DNA of 64,000 nucleotides, from positions 29,636,001-29,700,000 of the forward strand of contig OZ024753.1 of assembly GCA_964016885.1 (NCBI GenBank). Reading direction: 5' to 3'. This stretch comes from Eledone cirrhosa. Its lineage: Eukaryota. The notes beneath the pieces were generated by a model. It made no database searches. It saw only the letters and a program-made list of their open reading frames with translations, and was not told the origin of the DNA. Positions 1 to 13,026 of the stretch are shown here, one piece after another. The first letter of the stretch is position 1, and every line of letters begins with the position of its first letter. A program made the translations under genes and the position numbers.

Positions 1-524
1 GTATTATCTGATTATGTGTTGTATGTGGTCCTAGATGTGTGTGTTACCCGCTTCTGTGTTTTTTTTTTCTTTTTTTTATTTGTAATATTATTTATACAAT
101 AGGAAATAAAATAGATCTACATAGTGTTAACTCGTTACGGTTGAATCAATAATTTCAGACATGAAATACATTGTTATCGGTGAAGGAAAGACAAGCATCT
201 AACTGGTTGCGATTGAAGTGTCCTTGACCCAGTTGACTGTGGGTTTTTCCATTGTTAGGATCTCAATTACCGGTTAATGTCTAAACACACCTGCGGTCAG
301 ACCATAGTTATGCTGTCTGCATGCTCATTCAAATGCATTCACACTGGCTGTCTCAAAGACATACAAATATGGCTTATAAAACTTACCAAAGTAAAGAGAC
401 TTCCAGTGCACTCCAAAGCTCCAAACGCCCCCCTAATGCCCTCTTGCTCCCAAACGCCCCCCTGGATTTCCGAAACGCCCCCAGGGGGTGCATATGCCCC
501 CCCGTTGAGAACCTTTGCATTAAA

Positions 525-1020
525 TAATGGTTTCTACTTTAGGCACAAGGCCAGCAATTTTGGGGAGGGGAAAATCAATTAAATCGACCCCAGTGCATTA
601 CTGATGCTTTATTTTATTGACCCCGTAAGGATAAAAGGCAAAGCTAACCTTGGTGGGATTTGAACTCAAAACATAAAATACTGTAACTCTATGCTACAAA
701 GCATGGCGTCGGCTGCTCTACCGACACTGCCAATAATAATAATAATTGTTTCTACTTTTGGCACAAGGCCAGCAATCATCCAGTACATTACTGGTACGTT
801 ATTTTATCGACCCCGTAAGGATGAAAGGCAAAGTTGGCGGGATTTGAACTCAGCCAATAATAATAATAATGATTTCTGATTTAGGCACAAGACCAGCAAT
901 TAAAGGAGAGGGGAAAATCGATTAAATCAACCCCAGTGCATTACTGGTACTTTATTTTATCGACCCAGTAAGGATAAAAGGCAAAGCTGACCTCGGCAGG
1001 ATTTGAACTCAGAACGCAAG
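525..1020 (-). mobile_element. Cluster of three S1 SINE copies
   Basis: Three tandem reverse-strand matches to the 9457 SINE. Confidence 0.8.
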
Positions 1021-2082
1021 GGACAGTTAATTTCCTTAATCTTGTGATTTCAGAGAATTTCGGGCTTCTATTTCTAACAATTGAGTGACTAGTGCAAATT
1101 TATACTTGCACTGAGCCATGCTATCAAAACCATTCCAGTCGTGACAAACACGCCTTTGGACTACATTATTAAATGTCTTTTCATTTTATATAAATATAAA
1201 AGAAAAAATAACTAATCAAGTTGATGTTTGGCTCCGAGGTCAGCACTGATTAATAAAAGGCCTTCCACTACGTAAAGGGTTAATGAGCTATTTCTTCTCT
1301 TTTAAGGGAATATAGTGCGAGATTTGATTGATTTTTTTAAGCAAGTCAAGCTTAATGAATATCTACTTTATACTATATTGTTTATTGGCTTTGTTGATAG
1401 GAAAAAAATGACAAATGTTACGAAAGAAATTACCAATTACCAGAATGGCTACCTACGGTGAACTTCAATCGACATCACGTGACATTTACCCAGAATGCAA
1501 CAGTTCAATAGGGTAGCCAAGTCCCAGAGCGACACATTACTTCTCGTGTTTACGTTGTTACACTATACTCCACACCCATCGCAATTTCCTATTCACATAA
1601 TTATTTATTGCTATCTTTTTATTTTTTCTAAATTTTTATATTTCTTTCTGGCTCGTCTGGTTTTATTTATTTATTCATTCTTTTTTATTTTTTGTTTATG
1701 GTTGTTGTTTTCTTTTTAAAATCTATACTATTGATATTATCGTTAACATATCTCACTTTCTCCACCCACCCACTGTTCTCACTGTCTAGTCTGTGACATT
1801 TTAATCTGAACCGACGGCCGGTTCCAGTCGTTTTAATGTAGTTGTTTATTATATTATATCTCTCACCCTCTGACACACACTGTTTTTGTTTTTTTTTGTG
1901 TACGTATATGTGTGTATATGCATCATCGTAAAAGGAACTGACTATTGCTGAAAAGAGAAAGAAATAATAAATATTTCTATGTGATACATACATATTGATA
2001 AACTCGGTGTGGTGGGAGAATATATATATATATATATTCAACTAACACCAACACTACTATCTGAATCAACAGCCGCAACACC

Positions 2083-2371
2083 ATGTCTACGGAATCGTCA
2101 GTAAGAGAACGAATCAACGTTCAAAAGAAAAGGGAAAACGATTTACCGAAGAAAAACACTGAAGTGAAAACACCTCCACAGGCACCTGTCCGAAGATGGC
2201 AACGGTTAGATTTATGTTCCACAAGCGATGCACCTCTTGGTGTCCTTCGACCTGTAATGATAGCTTTGGAAATATCATGTCACGGACTTTTGTGGATCGT
2301 GGCTACCATAACGATGCTGTTATGTATCCATAAACCTTATCATATCGAGATTGTATTCAACTTGTTTGTAG
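2083..2371 (+). CDS. PLPP6: PLPP6-like (PPAPDC2 / polyisoprenoid diphosphate phosphatase) PAP2 family, coding exon 1 of 2
   Basis: ATG 2083; LRPVMIALEISCHGLLW...NLFVG resembles PLPP6/7; donor G|GTAAGT at 2371/2372, phase 1, joins in frame to 7503. Confidence 0.85.
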
Positions 2372-2574
2372 GTAAGTAAACGTGAACATAAAATAACGAA
2401 TTAATGGGTGAAGAAAGTAAAAGAGAAGAGATATAAAAGGAAAAATGCGAGAACGAATTTTTTAAAATATATATCAGCTGTTATATAATTTACATTGCTG
2501 TTCCTATATATATATATATATAATGAAAGTAGGTTGTATATCTTCAAATACTTTTGTACTTATATAGATATATA

Positions 2575-2650
2575 CAGGGTGTCCCCAAAATGCATACACA
2601 CTTTGATTAGAATGCTGTTGAAGTGTGTATACATTTTTTGGGACACCCTA
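2575..2650. mobile_element. Tc1/mariner-like mini-MITE (second copy 53314-53414)
   Basis: TIR CAGGGTGTCCC(C)AAAA..TGYATACAC, TA flanks. Confidence 0.65.
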
Positions 2651-2778
2651 TATATATATATATGTGTGTAAATGAATGAAGTAATTCCGTCGGAATATGT
2701 ATATATATAATGTTTTTGACGATATCACCGGATGAAATTACTAATTCTGCAAAAACACCTCAATAAAATATGTATGTG

Positions 2779-2815
<37 letters not shown>

Positions 2816-2934
2816 CTGTATACTATATGAGTATATCTATGGTAGAGGTGTAGATTTTATTTTCTACTTCGAAAAGTGACAGTGACTTCAAAGTTTCGAC
2901 GTTGTCGCTTCGTTTGGCTGTATAGGTACACACA

Positions 2935-3097
2935 CAGTGAAATTCCGTTATAACGAAATTCACGGGGGTATATAAAAAATTCGTTGTAACGAAAAATTCT
3001 TTATAACGAGATCGAGCGTGTGGCCGGGAATTGAAAAGAATTTCGTTATACTGAAAAATTTGTTATAATGGTATTCGTTATAACGGAATTTTACCTG
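2935..3097. mobile_element. Tigger/pogo-like MITE
   Basis: TIRs CAGTGAAATTCCGTTATAACG / CGTTATAACGGAATTTTACCTG, TA flank. Confidence 0.65.
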
Positions 3098-3132
<35 letters not shown>

Positions 3133-3231
3133 ATGTAAAAGTTCTATTAAATTGTTGGGATACAACAAGCAAATATTTTTATAACTGATATAAAGCACTC
3201 AACAAATATTTGGAGTAAAAATACGATATTA

Positions 3232-3549
3232 ACAAATGGAAACTATATTTATAAAACCATATTTATTTCATTATACATATTTCAAGGACACCAAGTTAAA
3301 TTATGGTGTGCTTTCATCAGATAAAATATAATATAGAGCAGTTTTATAAATAAATATTGACATAACATACCCTTAAAGAATGCAACCATTACTGGTTGCA
3401 TTCTTTAAGGGTATGTTCTGTCAATATTTATTTATAAAACTGCTCTATATTATATTTTATCTGATGAAAGCACACCATAATTTAACTTGGTGTCCTTGAA
3501 ATATGTATAATGAAATAAATATGGTTTTATAAATATAGTTTCCATTTGT
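3232..3549. repeat. Fold-back palindrome, 157-bp arms, 4-nt loop
   Basis: Arms 3232-3388 and 3393-3549 are reverse complements with about 1 mismatch. Confidence 0.95.
3453..3517 (+). ncRNA. Type I hammerhead ribozyme motif (antisense twin at about 3264-3328)
   Basis: UAUUUUAU-CUGAUGA-AAGCACACCA/UGGUGUCCUU-GAAA-palindromic stem III AUAUGUAU-A-AUGAAAUA. Confidence 0.8.
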
Positions 3550-4139
3550 ATATATATATGTATATATATATTAGCAGGGAAAGCGGACGTTAAATGATGA
3601 TATATTTATGTATTTTGGCGTCAACAAGATCATCCGGCAGTAAAACGTCACATCAAAACATACCGCCTAACATGTCCCACTATAGGCAGGTGTAAAAACG
3701 ATATATATATATACATATATACACACACACATTTATATACATGTGTGTGTATATATATATATATCATTAAAAAAAAAGCCGAGGCCATATTCATTTGGTT
3801 TTGGTTTATTAAAATCCTTAATGTACATTTCGTTCAGGACTGTCAGTTATGACAGCCTGAACACCTTACTATATATATATTTATATACATATATATGGGG
3901 GGGGGGGGGGCACATGTATGTATATATATATATATATGTGTGTGTGTATGCCTAGTAAAGTTTTCACAGATGCACTCTTCCTTGTGAGACAGTTGCAGGG
4001 GAACTATCTGGCTAAGAGTAAGCATTTGTCAACCTGGAGAAAACGTTTGACAGGGTCCCCCCCCATTCCATAATCTGGAACTCAGCCCTCTCCTGTTTAT
4101 TGTTGTGTTCCTGGCTATAACAAAATCTGGAATCAAAGG

Positions 4140-4760
4140 CCTTAAAGTCAACTTAATAAAGACTAGAAAGAAAAATAGGTCCCTGATTTTGTCAGAGAAA
4201 TGACCTTGCTTAGTGTGCAGGAAAGGAGTAGGTAGAAATTCCATTCTATGTATATACTGACTCGTACACTGTTCACTTTCCTGACATTTGTACATTCTAC
4301 CTGCCAGGTGGCACCAAAATCCCTCATACACCTTCCCCCATCTTTACACTCCCATCTCCTCATAACCCTCCTCCACTTCCTCTATCCCCTCCCTTCTAGC
4401 CCATACCAACACGCAAAGATCGATGCACCTCTCTTTATTCATCCAACCCATACCAATATAGAAGACCATGCATGTCCTACTTTGCACTATGATAAAATGC
4501 TTATATAGGGTTGATAAGGGCATCCAACCATGGAGGACATGCCAAAACATAACATTTAAAACTAGACGTGATCATCTGTCCAGCTTTGTCTCAGAGCGTG
4601 GCAGCATGGAAAATAGACATTTAATGCTGATGTGCTCCTCTCATACCCCTTGCCATATCCCTAATACACCTTCCCTGTCCAATCCATGCATAAAGGGCCA
4701 GACTTGCTCCACAAATTATTGCCCAGCACAACTCACTCTCTTCAAGGACAATCCATGACA
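4140..4760. mobile_element. Old rearranged RTE fragments in the PLPP6 intron
   Basis: GTGTGCAGGAAAGGAGTAGGTAGAAATTCCATTCTATG (VCRKGVGRNSILC) on +, followed by opposite-strand RT remnants. Confidence 0.6.
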
Positions 4761-6229
4761 TGTCATTTGCTCTCCCACAATGCTAGTGGCATGACAAAAA
4801 GCCCCCTAATACAACCTATCTGAGAGGTCAGTAGCTTCAAGTACCAGCTTGCTCTATGACAATCCATTGAACCCTTGCTAGTTAAACAATGATGTGATTG
4901 CTCTGCTTTTCATAGCTGGCCTCTTCCATACTCTCTTTTCTCTTCACACTTTTGGCTATATTTACCTTGAAAGAAGGGATTACATAAGAAAACTCTTTTG
5001 TCATACAGAGGACAAAGCTGCCTCTCTGGTGTTGGTGCCAAAATAAAATGCCAAAGGGATTATGTTATAGACAACAACTTCCTTAGAGTTGGTGCCACAA
5101 TAAAAGGTACCCAGTACTCTGTGTAAAGTGCTCAGTAATGTAAGAGAGAAAGGACTCTTCAGTTTTTTCAAGTATATGACAACCTCCCTGTTGCTCTCTG
5201 TGAAGTGGTTGCTGTTAGGAAGGGCATGTAACCATAGAAAGTCCTCTAAAATAGAACCTGCTGCTCTGGCATGATCCACTGACCCTGTTAAGGCAGTAAC
5301 TCCCAGTAGGAACTGATTTAGACTCTAGCAACCCATCCAACCTATGCCAGCATGGAAATTGAATGTAGAAGGATGTGTGAATATATATATGTGTGTGTAT
5401 ATATATGTGTGTATGTATATGTGTGTGTGTGTATATACACACACACACACATTTGTGAGAGCTTATATGTTAATAATACTGTAGAGAATAAATGGTAAGG
5501 CTGCCATTTTCCATGTTACTTTGTCCATATAATAAATAAATGAGGCAGCGCCGACAGAAAGTGTGTGTGAGAGAGAGAGAGAAAGGGAGAAACAAACACT
5601 AGATGCCTTTGCTGTTAATTGAAATTACTAAACACATTCTATGCTTGTGACTACTGTTGTTGCTACTTCAGTTCTGTTTCCTATCTAAACATTCAACTGT
5701 TATTTCTATATGGAGACTAATCACTGTGTGTATGTGTGTCCATCTTTTAATGTTATCAGAGTAGCTAAATCGATTTTAATTATTCATTCAGTTCCACCTC
5801 CCTTGGGTCACAAAAGTGAGCTAGAGATGGACAATGTTAGTTTAGATATAAATTAGATAGACACAGTGAATGTAGAATGTATTCATGAGCAAATTAAATG
5901 CTTTTAACATAGACTTTAATTAATTTTTATTTTGTTTTCACCTTTTAAATCTGTAAAAAAAAGTCTATTGATCTCTCACATAAGCACAAAGGTTTTATCT
6001 GATTTATAGAAAACCACTGTATGATGTTTCAACTCATTTTGAAGGGCATAAGCAACATAAATGTCAGATTGTTTTTAGCTTTTACACTCATTCATTGATT
6101 TTTTTTTATTATTATTTTTACATCTCTGCATTTAGGCATGTTAAATTCTTAATTAAATGGAAGGTCATTAATTTCTATAGTTGTATAATGAGACTGTGAT
6201 ATTTGTGCCTTTATCAAAAGCGAACTGAC

Positions 6230-6422
6230 AGACCTGTCAACTCTCTCCATCCGACGGGGAGACCTCCCACCCACTTTGGGGTGGGTGATTGATGTCTTTT
6301 CTTGTGAAAATGGGTATAGCTTTCATTATATAAAATTTCCCTATTTTGCCTCATTTCTCCCTGTTTTGGGGCACTTTTTTCCATGGTACTCCCCATTTGA
6401 GTTTTTAGAATTGGCAGGTCTG
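6230..6422. mobile_element. MITE with CAGACCTGYCAA TIRs (copies at 12005-12168 and 58437-58580)
   Basis: CAGACCTGTCAACT ... AATTGGCAGGTCTG; three dispersed copies. Confidence 0.7.
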
Positions 6423-7502
6423 ATATAGTAGTGTAATAAGGCTTATATTTATACCTTTTATTAAAAGAGAAATGAACCAGTTTCAGTTAACAACTGAAAC
6501 AGCTCCTCATTCTCCCATTCAATATCACCAGTGAAATTATTATAGAAACCAGCAATAATAGGTGTGACATTTTCGCAATAAATACAGAGAAAGTAATCAT
6601 GTAATTGAGAATGGAAACATTGTTTCGCTTCTATGTGATCACTCGACCTGCTAGAAATACCAGCCAAATTTTCATATCGCTTTAAACAAAAATGTAGTTC
6701 TTGGTGCATTATTCCTGAACAGAATACAGAATGATGTCCATGTGTTAAAGGGATCAAATATTTGTGCGAAATAAAATGTCTACTCGGATCCTTGTTGTTT
6801 GATGTCTAGCAAAAGAGCCTGATATATCTGATAAGCAGATATAGCAGGCTCTTTTAGTCATATACCTGCGAGACCAGGCCCATACAAATAGATATAACAG
6901 GCTCTTTTGGTCATATACCTGCAAGATCAGGGTTAGACAATTAAACATAACAGACTGTTTTAGTCATATATCCTAAAAAGGGCTGCTTTAAACGTCAGTA
7001 TTCACCTTTTCTCATGCTCCACGAACTTATATTCTGTGTTTTAGGATTTATTAACTATTGTTACCCAACGTAGACCGTCATGAGTTTCCTCAAACTCAAA
7101 TTTTCAAGTTATCAGCCAGGACCACGAAACATTGGCATGTCGTGTGATAGAAAGGCCTATTTGTGATAAAATGTAAAAGGGAAATAACTCTTAGTGTTGA
7201 ATAGTTTAGTACAGGTTCAAATACGTAGTTCCTACTAACAAACACTCGTGTTTGGTTCAGAAGACAAAACTTCTATAGGCTATTTAGCTACCCCCCAAAA
7301 TAAACATTCCAATTCTGTTACTTAGTTGGCAATATATCAGATGATGAGATACAAGACTGTTTTCTTAATGAATGTACATACACATACACAAACACCTGTG
7401 TATATATATATATATATCACAAGAAAAAATATGTTTGAGGTAATTTTATATATGTTATTCTTCTTGCTTTATTTACAATTCTGTCTTTTCATTCTGTTGC
7501 AG

Positions 7503-7882
7503 GCTTAATAGCAGATATGCTATTGGTCATTTTAATTAAATGGCTAGTACAACGACAACGACCCTGCTCAAACCACATGGACATGTTTGCCACTGTCAAA
7601 GTGGACCATTACTCATTCCCATCGGGTCATGCAACACGAGCTTGCTATCTGGCAATATTCATAGCCAGACAAGCTCCAAATGCAACGAAATTGATTTTAT
7701 TTACTTTAATCTGGGCTGTGCTTGTTTGTATCTCCAGACTCCTCCTTGGACGCCACCATTTAACCGATGTTCTATGTGGCTGTATAATTGGCGTTCTTGA
7801 ATTCTACATATTAAATATGCTTTGGATATCACAGACAATGTGTACTTTAATACTGAAGCCATTAAAAGGCGAGATAGTTTAA
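7503..7882 (+). CDS. PLPP6: PLPP6-like PAP2 phosphatase, coding exon 2 of 2 (spliced protein about 222 aa)
   Basis: Pyrimidine tract + CAG acceptor; intact PAP2 motifs C1 KWLVQRQRP, C2 PSGH, C3 SRLLLGRHHLTD; NHMDMF..VDHYSFPSGHATRA typical of PLPP6; stop TAA 7880-7882. Confidence 0.9.
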
Positions 7883-8083
7883 CCCTTTTAGCATTTACAT
7901 TACTCTATATATACTATTGTATTTTCATGGTAAAGGCACATAATCTCGAATCTATGAGATTTTGATATTATTTATTTTGAGAACGACACCTTAACATAAA
8001 TATGAGTTGCAAGTTATGGCCGGTCTGAACAGAAAAAGATGAGAAAATTCTGGCTGGATACGGCCAGTTTAAATGCTAAAGGG
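7883..8083. mobile_element. piggyBac-type MITE (TTAA TSD)
   Basis: TTAA-CCCTTTTAGCATTTA ... TAAATGCTAAAGGG-TTAA. Confidence 0.8.
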
Positions 8084-8545
8084 TTAATTTATTATTTGGT
8101 GATAAAAATAAAACAAAACATACAAACTGTTTCTAAACAAGAGCCTGATAACAAAAAAGTGATGTATTTAATAAATAACAATTTTTGTTTTTTTTTCTTC
8201 TTCACTCCTCTGAGAGTCAATAAAATAAGTATTGCTAATATATTGAGATTGATTTAGTATTTTGTCAATTTGTTGTGTTGATGAGTTTTAATATTGTGTT
8301 GGGTGGAGGTTGTGGTGGTTCTGTTTGATAGATACAGTGTTGAGTGGTAGTTGCAAAATAATCTAATTTTCTTTGGGGTTGTGTGAAGATTTATCAGTCC
8401 ATACCAATATACAACAACAACAAAAGAATGATATTAATAATTCTTTTTATTTATTCTTTATTATTTGTTTTATATTTTCCCACATTTATTATTATTATTA
8501 AAATGAAACCATTATTCATCATAATTTAAGATCCATCTTCTACGC

Positions 8546-8773
8546 TAGCATTAATATTATTATTATTAATTAGAAATATAAGCTTATGCCATATTTTGAC
8601 TAAAGAAATTAGTCTGATAGTGGAGATTTTTTAAAACCCTCTGAATGGAAAAGGATGAGTATTGGCACTCATCCTTTTCCATTCGGAGGGTTTACACCCC
8701 ACTATCAGGCTAATTTCTTTAGTCAAAATACAGCATAAGCTTATATTTCTAATTAATAATAATATTAATGCTA
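8546..8773. repeat. Imperfect palindrome, about 110-bp arms, between the convergent PLPP6 and PEBP 3' ends
   Basis: Centre GGATGAGT-ATTGGC-ACTCATCC at 8653-8674. Confidence 0.9.
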
Positions 8774-8974
8774 TGGCATAAGCTTATATTTCTACTTAAT
8801 TTCAAACTTCCCTCGCTGTCTTCAAAACAAACTTGCTTATTATTATTATTAAATGTTTCCTTAATGTGAGCCGTGTGTGGCTAATAAAGAAATTATTATT
8901 ATTATAGGAAACATAGTATCCCCAAATACGTTATAATCATCTTCACCTGACAATCTTTTCTCGAATTCTTTATA

Positions 8975-9165
8975 TCAGTCATCAGCAATCACCGAGTATT
9001 GAAAGTAATTTATAGCTTTTAATTTGTTTATCTCTTCAAATTTGTTTAAATCAAATAGGCGATGACTTGGTTTCATTTCTTTAGTCAGTCGAAATTTGTC
9101 GTTGCCTTGATATACAAAGAATTGATATTGATGGGTACCTGAAGGGGGGTTTGGACCTTCATAAG
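8975..9165 (-). CDS. PEBP (phosphatidylethanolamine-binding protein) family gene, last exon
   Basis: Acceptor TCCAG; encodes (P)YEGPNPPSGTHQYQFFVY...RLFDLNKF, matching the PEBP Y-GP-PP-G-H-Y motif; stop TGA at 8977-8975. Confidence 0.85.
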
Positions 9166-9456
9166 CTGGAGAGGAAGAAAGAAAAATGGTGGTCTGGAGT
9201 GCTATATATATTTCTGAATACATTTTATTTAATATTTAAAACACCAGCAGTAACAATAGTTTTAACAATCAAAAAAAAATTAGTAAGAATTAAGCAAGAA
9301 GCAAACCTCCTCCTTCTCGAGTCATCCCTCCATCAAAGGTGAAGCATCATTTTGCTTTTACTAATGGCTAGAATATATGTAGCTCATCACACCTGCATAC
9401 TTATAGATTTTTCCACTAACTAGCACATTTGTTTTAACCCGTTATTGAATTAATAG

Positions 9457-9644
9457 GGCGGTGGATTGGCAGTATCGGTAGAGGAGCGGACACCATGCTT
9501 TGACGCATAGAGTTACGGCCCTTGCCATTCTGAGTTCAAATCCCGCCGAGGTTAACTTTGCCTTTCATCCTTACGGGGTCGATAAAATAAAGTACCAGTA
9601 ATACACTAGGATAATTGCTGGCCTTGTGCCAAAAGTAGAAACAA
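9457..9644 (+). mobile_element. tRNA-derived SINE family S1 (CORE-like) with 15-bp TSD
   Basis: A/B-box-like TGGCAGTATCGG / GAGTTCAAATCCC, body TTGCCTTTCATCC..GGGTCGATAAA, TSD TTATTGAATTAATAG; further copies at about 13542, 16277, 16496, 17155, 45151, 52572, 53555-53955, 60125, 62835, 63340. Confidence 0.88.
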
Positions 9645-9999
9645 TTATTGAATTAATAGTCGATCTGTAAAGCCACTGGTGTTCATGACACTGAGGTCAT
9701 CTAATTAAACTGATGATCGCCGCATGGACTACTGTTTACTGCTTACAAGCAGGATTTTTATCAAAGCTTAATCATCTAGATCTGACCTGTTCCGCTAGAC
9801 TATCCCGTAATAGCTGTATCAAAGACACCTCATGTAGGTCTTCGAACTGAGAGAAGCTATGTACTTACCTTGAATGAACATATATTGAGCCTCATCAGTT
9901 ATAATGGCAGTGCATAGTCAGTATTGCTGGAGCATCAGACAACATGCTTTGTGGCATATAGTTACACCTCTCCATGTTCTGAGTTCAAATCTGATTTTC

Positions 10000-10380
10000 A
10001 GACTGATAGAGTAATTAAACATTGCTAACAGGTCATTGTCATATTGAACAAGAACGACAAATACTGTCAGAATATTGATGTAGCCATGCCAGATGTCATG
10101 AATATTGCAAGTAAAGAGGTTAAAAAAAATCACCAAGTACTCTGAATTGAAAGTGAAGGTGACATGACTGTTTGCAATGCGAGAGGTTAATGTGAAAGTG
10201 ATACCAGTTGTGATCAAGGCATTAGGACAAACCCACTGAAACTTCTTAAAGTGGTTGGGAATACCATGCAAGATTGGTGTCATACAACAATCAACCTTGC
10301 TAAGCACTGCACATATTTCAAGGAAAGTATTATGTCTGAGGTCTTTGTGACTTGACATGAGTAAATAAACTGGGAAGTAA
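10000..10380 (+). mobile_element. R4/Dong-like (REL-endonuclease) non-LTR fragment
   Basis: Frameshifted translation ANR..IVILNKNDKYCQNIDVAMPD..NIASKEVKKITKYSELK...VIPVVIKALG...IQQSTLLSTAHISRKVL, a PD-(D/E)xK REL C-terminus. Confidence 0.7.
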
Positions 10381-11130
10381 ATGAATTGAAAAGCTTAAAT
10401 AAAATATTTTAATGGCCAAAAAGATTGCCCTGAATGATGTAAAGAAGATGTCCATGTATGAGAACATAAGCAGGCTGTGGAACATGAAAACAAAAACAGT
10501 CTCAATAATAACTGGAGAGCTAGGGATGGTAAAATGAAGATGATGATGGTATCATCATTTCATTTTACGTCCGCTTTTCCCTGCTTGCAAGGGTGGGACG
10601 GGAACTGATTCTGGCTTGATTTCTACAGCTGGATGCCCTTCCTAACACCAACCTCATTTACAGTGAGTGCTGGGTGCTTTTTTTCCGTGGCGCCTACACG
10701 TCCACTTTACAGTGTGGGCTGGGTGCTTTTTTGCCATGGCACCTCCACAACCACTCTACAGTGGAATGATATGGACCCCAGTCCCTATCATCTCATTTCT
10801 ACAGCTGAGTAAACTGGAGCAATGTGAAATAAAGTGCCTTGCTCAAGGAAACAACACATCACCCAGTCTGAGAATGTGTGATGTGTTGTTTCCTTGAGCA
10901 AGGCACTTTATTTCACATTGCTCCATATGTGTGTGTGTGTCCTGGGTTCAATTGGGGGTAACCACAGTAAGTAAGGTACTCAATACATAGAGTTAAATAC
11001 ATAGAGTTTAATATAGAAATGGCTTCTACAGGATTCGAAGGAAATCATTGGGAAAGCCCTTTCCTGGTGATTTCCCTTGAACGAAACAGTTCTAGTCCCA
11101 TAGAAGCCATTTATATATATATATATATAT

Positions 11131-11618
<488 letters not shown>

Positions 11619-11660
11619 AAAACAAAAAAAACAATGAGGAAATTTATAAACATTACATAC

Positions 11661-11709
11661 GTATTATATCAGATTTATCTGCTGCTACACCTTCACCGAA
11701 ATCAGATCT
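11661..11709 (-). CDS. PEBP family gene, 49-nt internal exon
   Basis: TTTTTTTCAG acceptor, GTATGT donor; [16 protein letters not shown]; phases 0/1 fit both neighbouring exons. Confidence 0.75.
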
Positions 11710-12619
11710 CTGAAAAAAAGAAATGATCAACTTATTTATATATACTTTTGAATCTATTTACATGTCTATATCTATATATGTATTCACGATCATATGTGTG
11801 TTTGTGCATATATATAATTTTTCTTTATACAAACCTACTCAACAACAAACCTAAACTAGCCAAAACCCACCACACAAAACACAATAACCCAGCCAAAAAT
11901 TCAAGTTAAAACCGACCTACAATACTGGTACTAAGAAGACGAACATCACTGGGCCACAACTGCTTTCAATATGCGGTTTCTATTGGGTTGCGGCTACCAG
12001 ATAACAGATCTGCCAACCTATAAAAACCCAAATGGAGTACCATGAAAAAAGTGCCCCAAAATGGGGAGATTTTACATAATGAAAGCTATACCTATTTTCA
12101 CAAGAGAAGATATCTCTCATCAAGTGGGTGGGAGATCTCACCATCAGACGGTGAGAGTTGACAGGTCTGAGATAAATTAATACCATATAATCTGTAGTAC
12201 ACTAAATACTTAATTCTATCAACTGAAAAACATTTCAATGGGGATCTTACTCCGCACAAACACCTCGCATCATGAAGAAAAAATCAGTTCATGAACAATT
12301 TTTTCCAAACATAAAATGTCTCAATTGATGAACGGTCTCTCGAATAACGAACACGCAAGCCAGTTGGCAACAAGGTAGGAGTATCAGCATGCTGTGTAGT
12401 TAGTTACTATGGCAATATCTATGTCTTTCTCACACAGTCTCTTTCTCACTGTATTTCTTTCAACATTTTGTATGGGAAAAATAGTTTTGGTTTACGAACA
12501 TTTCAAATGATGAACGGCCTTAACGAACAAATTAAGTTCATGGACCAAGGTTCCATTGTATATATATATGTGTGTGTGCATGTGCGTCAGCCTTTGCGAA
12601 AGGCAGTATTGATAACATC

Positions 12620-12812
12620 ATCATCATTTTATGTCCGCTTTTCCCTGCTTGCAAGGGAGGGATGGGTCCTCTTCAGCATCTCCTCTGAACTTCAGTGGTC
12701 TAAGGTCAGCTCTCACCACCTCTGTCCATGTTTTCCGTCGTCTTCCTTCCACTGGGATTACTTGGCACTTCTTCACCCAGAGGTCATCATCCATGCACAT
12801 CACATGGCCATA
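12620..12812 (-). mobile_element. RTE 3'-end fragment related to family B
   Basis: Similar to 27740-27990 including the GCAAGCAGGGAAAAGCGGAC-(ATG)n tail. Confidence 0.75.
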
Positions 12813-12927
12813 TCAACATATACATATATATGTGTGTGTGTGTGTGTGTTAAATCATATATGTATGTGTGTACACATTCAAACGTGTATAAATGCATGCA
12901 TTAATCTATCATAATTATTTCACTTAC

Positions 12928-13026
12928 AGTGATTTCTATTTTCAGCCAATGCAACCAGAACATACGACTATCAGGATGTGCATCAGGATCAACCATAATC
13001 AGAATATATGTTGCATCTTTTAAATC
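12928..13026 (-). CDS. PEBP family gene, internal exon with DPD motif
   Basis: TTTTTCTAAG acceptor, GTAAGT donor; DLKDATYILIMVDPDAHPDSRMFWLHWLKIEIT (PEBP DPDxP and WLHW motifs). Confidence 0.85.

Noticed and set aside
1474-1483. ATCACGTGAC E-box upstream of PLPP6 as an SREBP/USF site
   Set aside because: A single short motif that also occurs in repeats (15860, 37360); not supportable from sequence alone.
8680-8715. Hammerhead in the 8.6-kb palindrome (CUGAUAG..CGAA on the minus strand)
   Set aside because: The core deviates at several positions and stems I and III cannot be formed convincingly.
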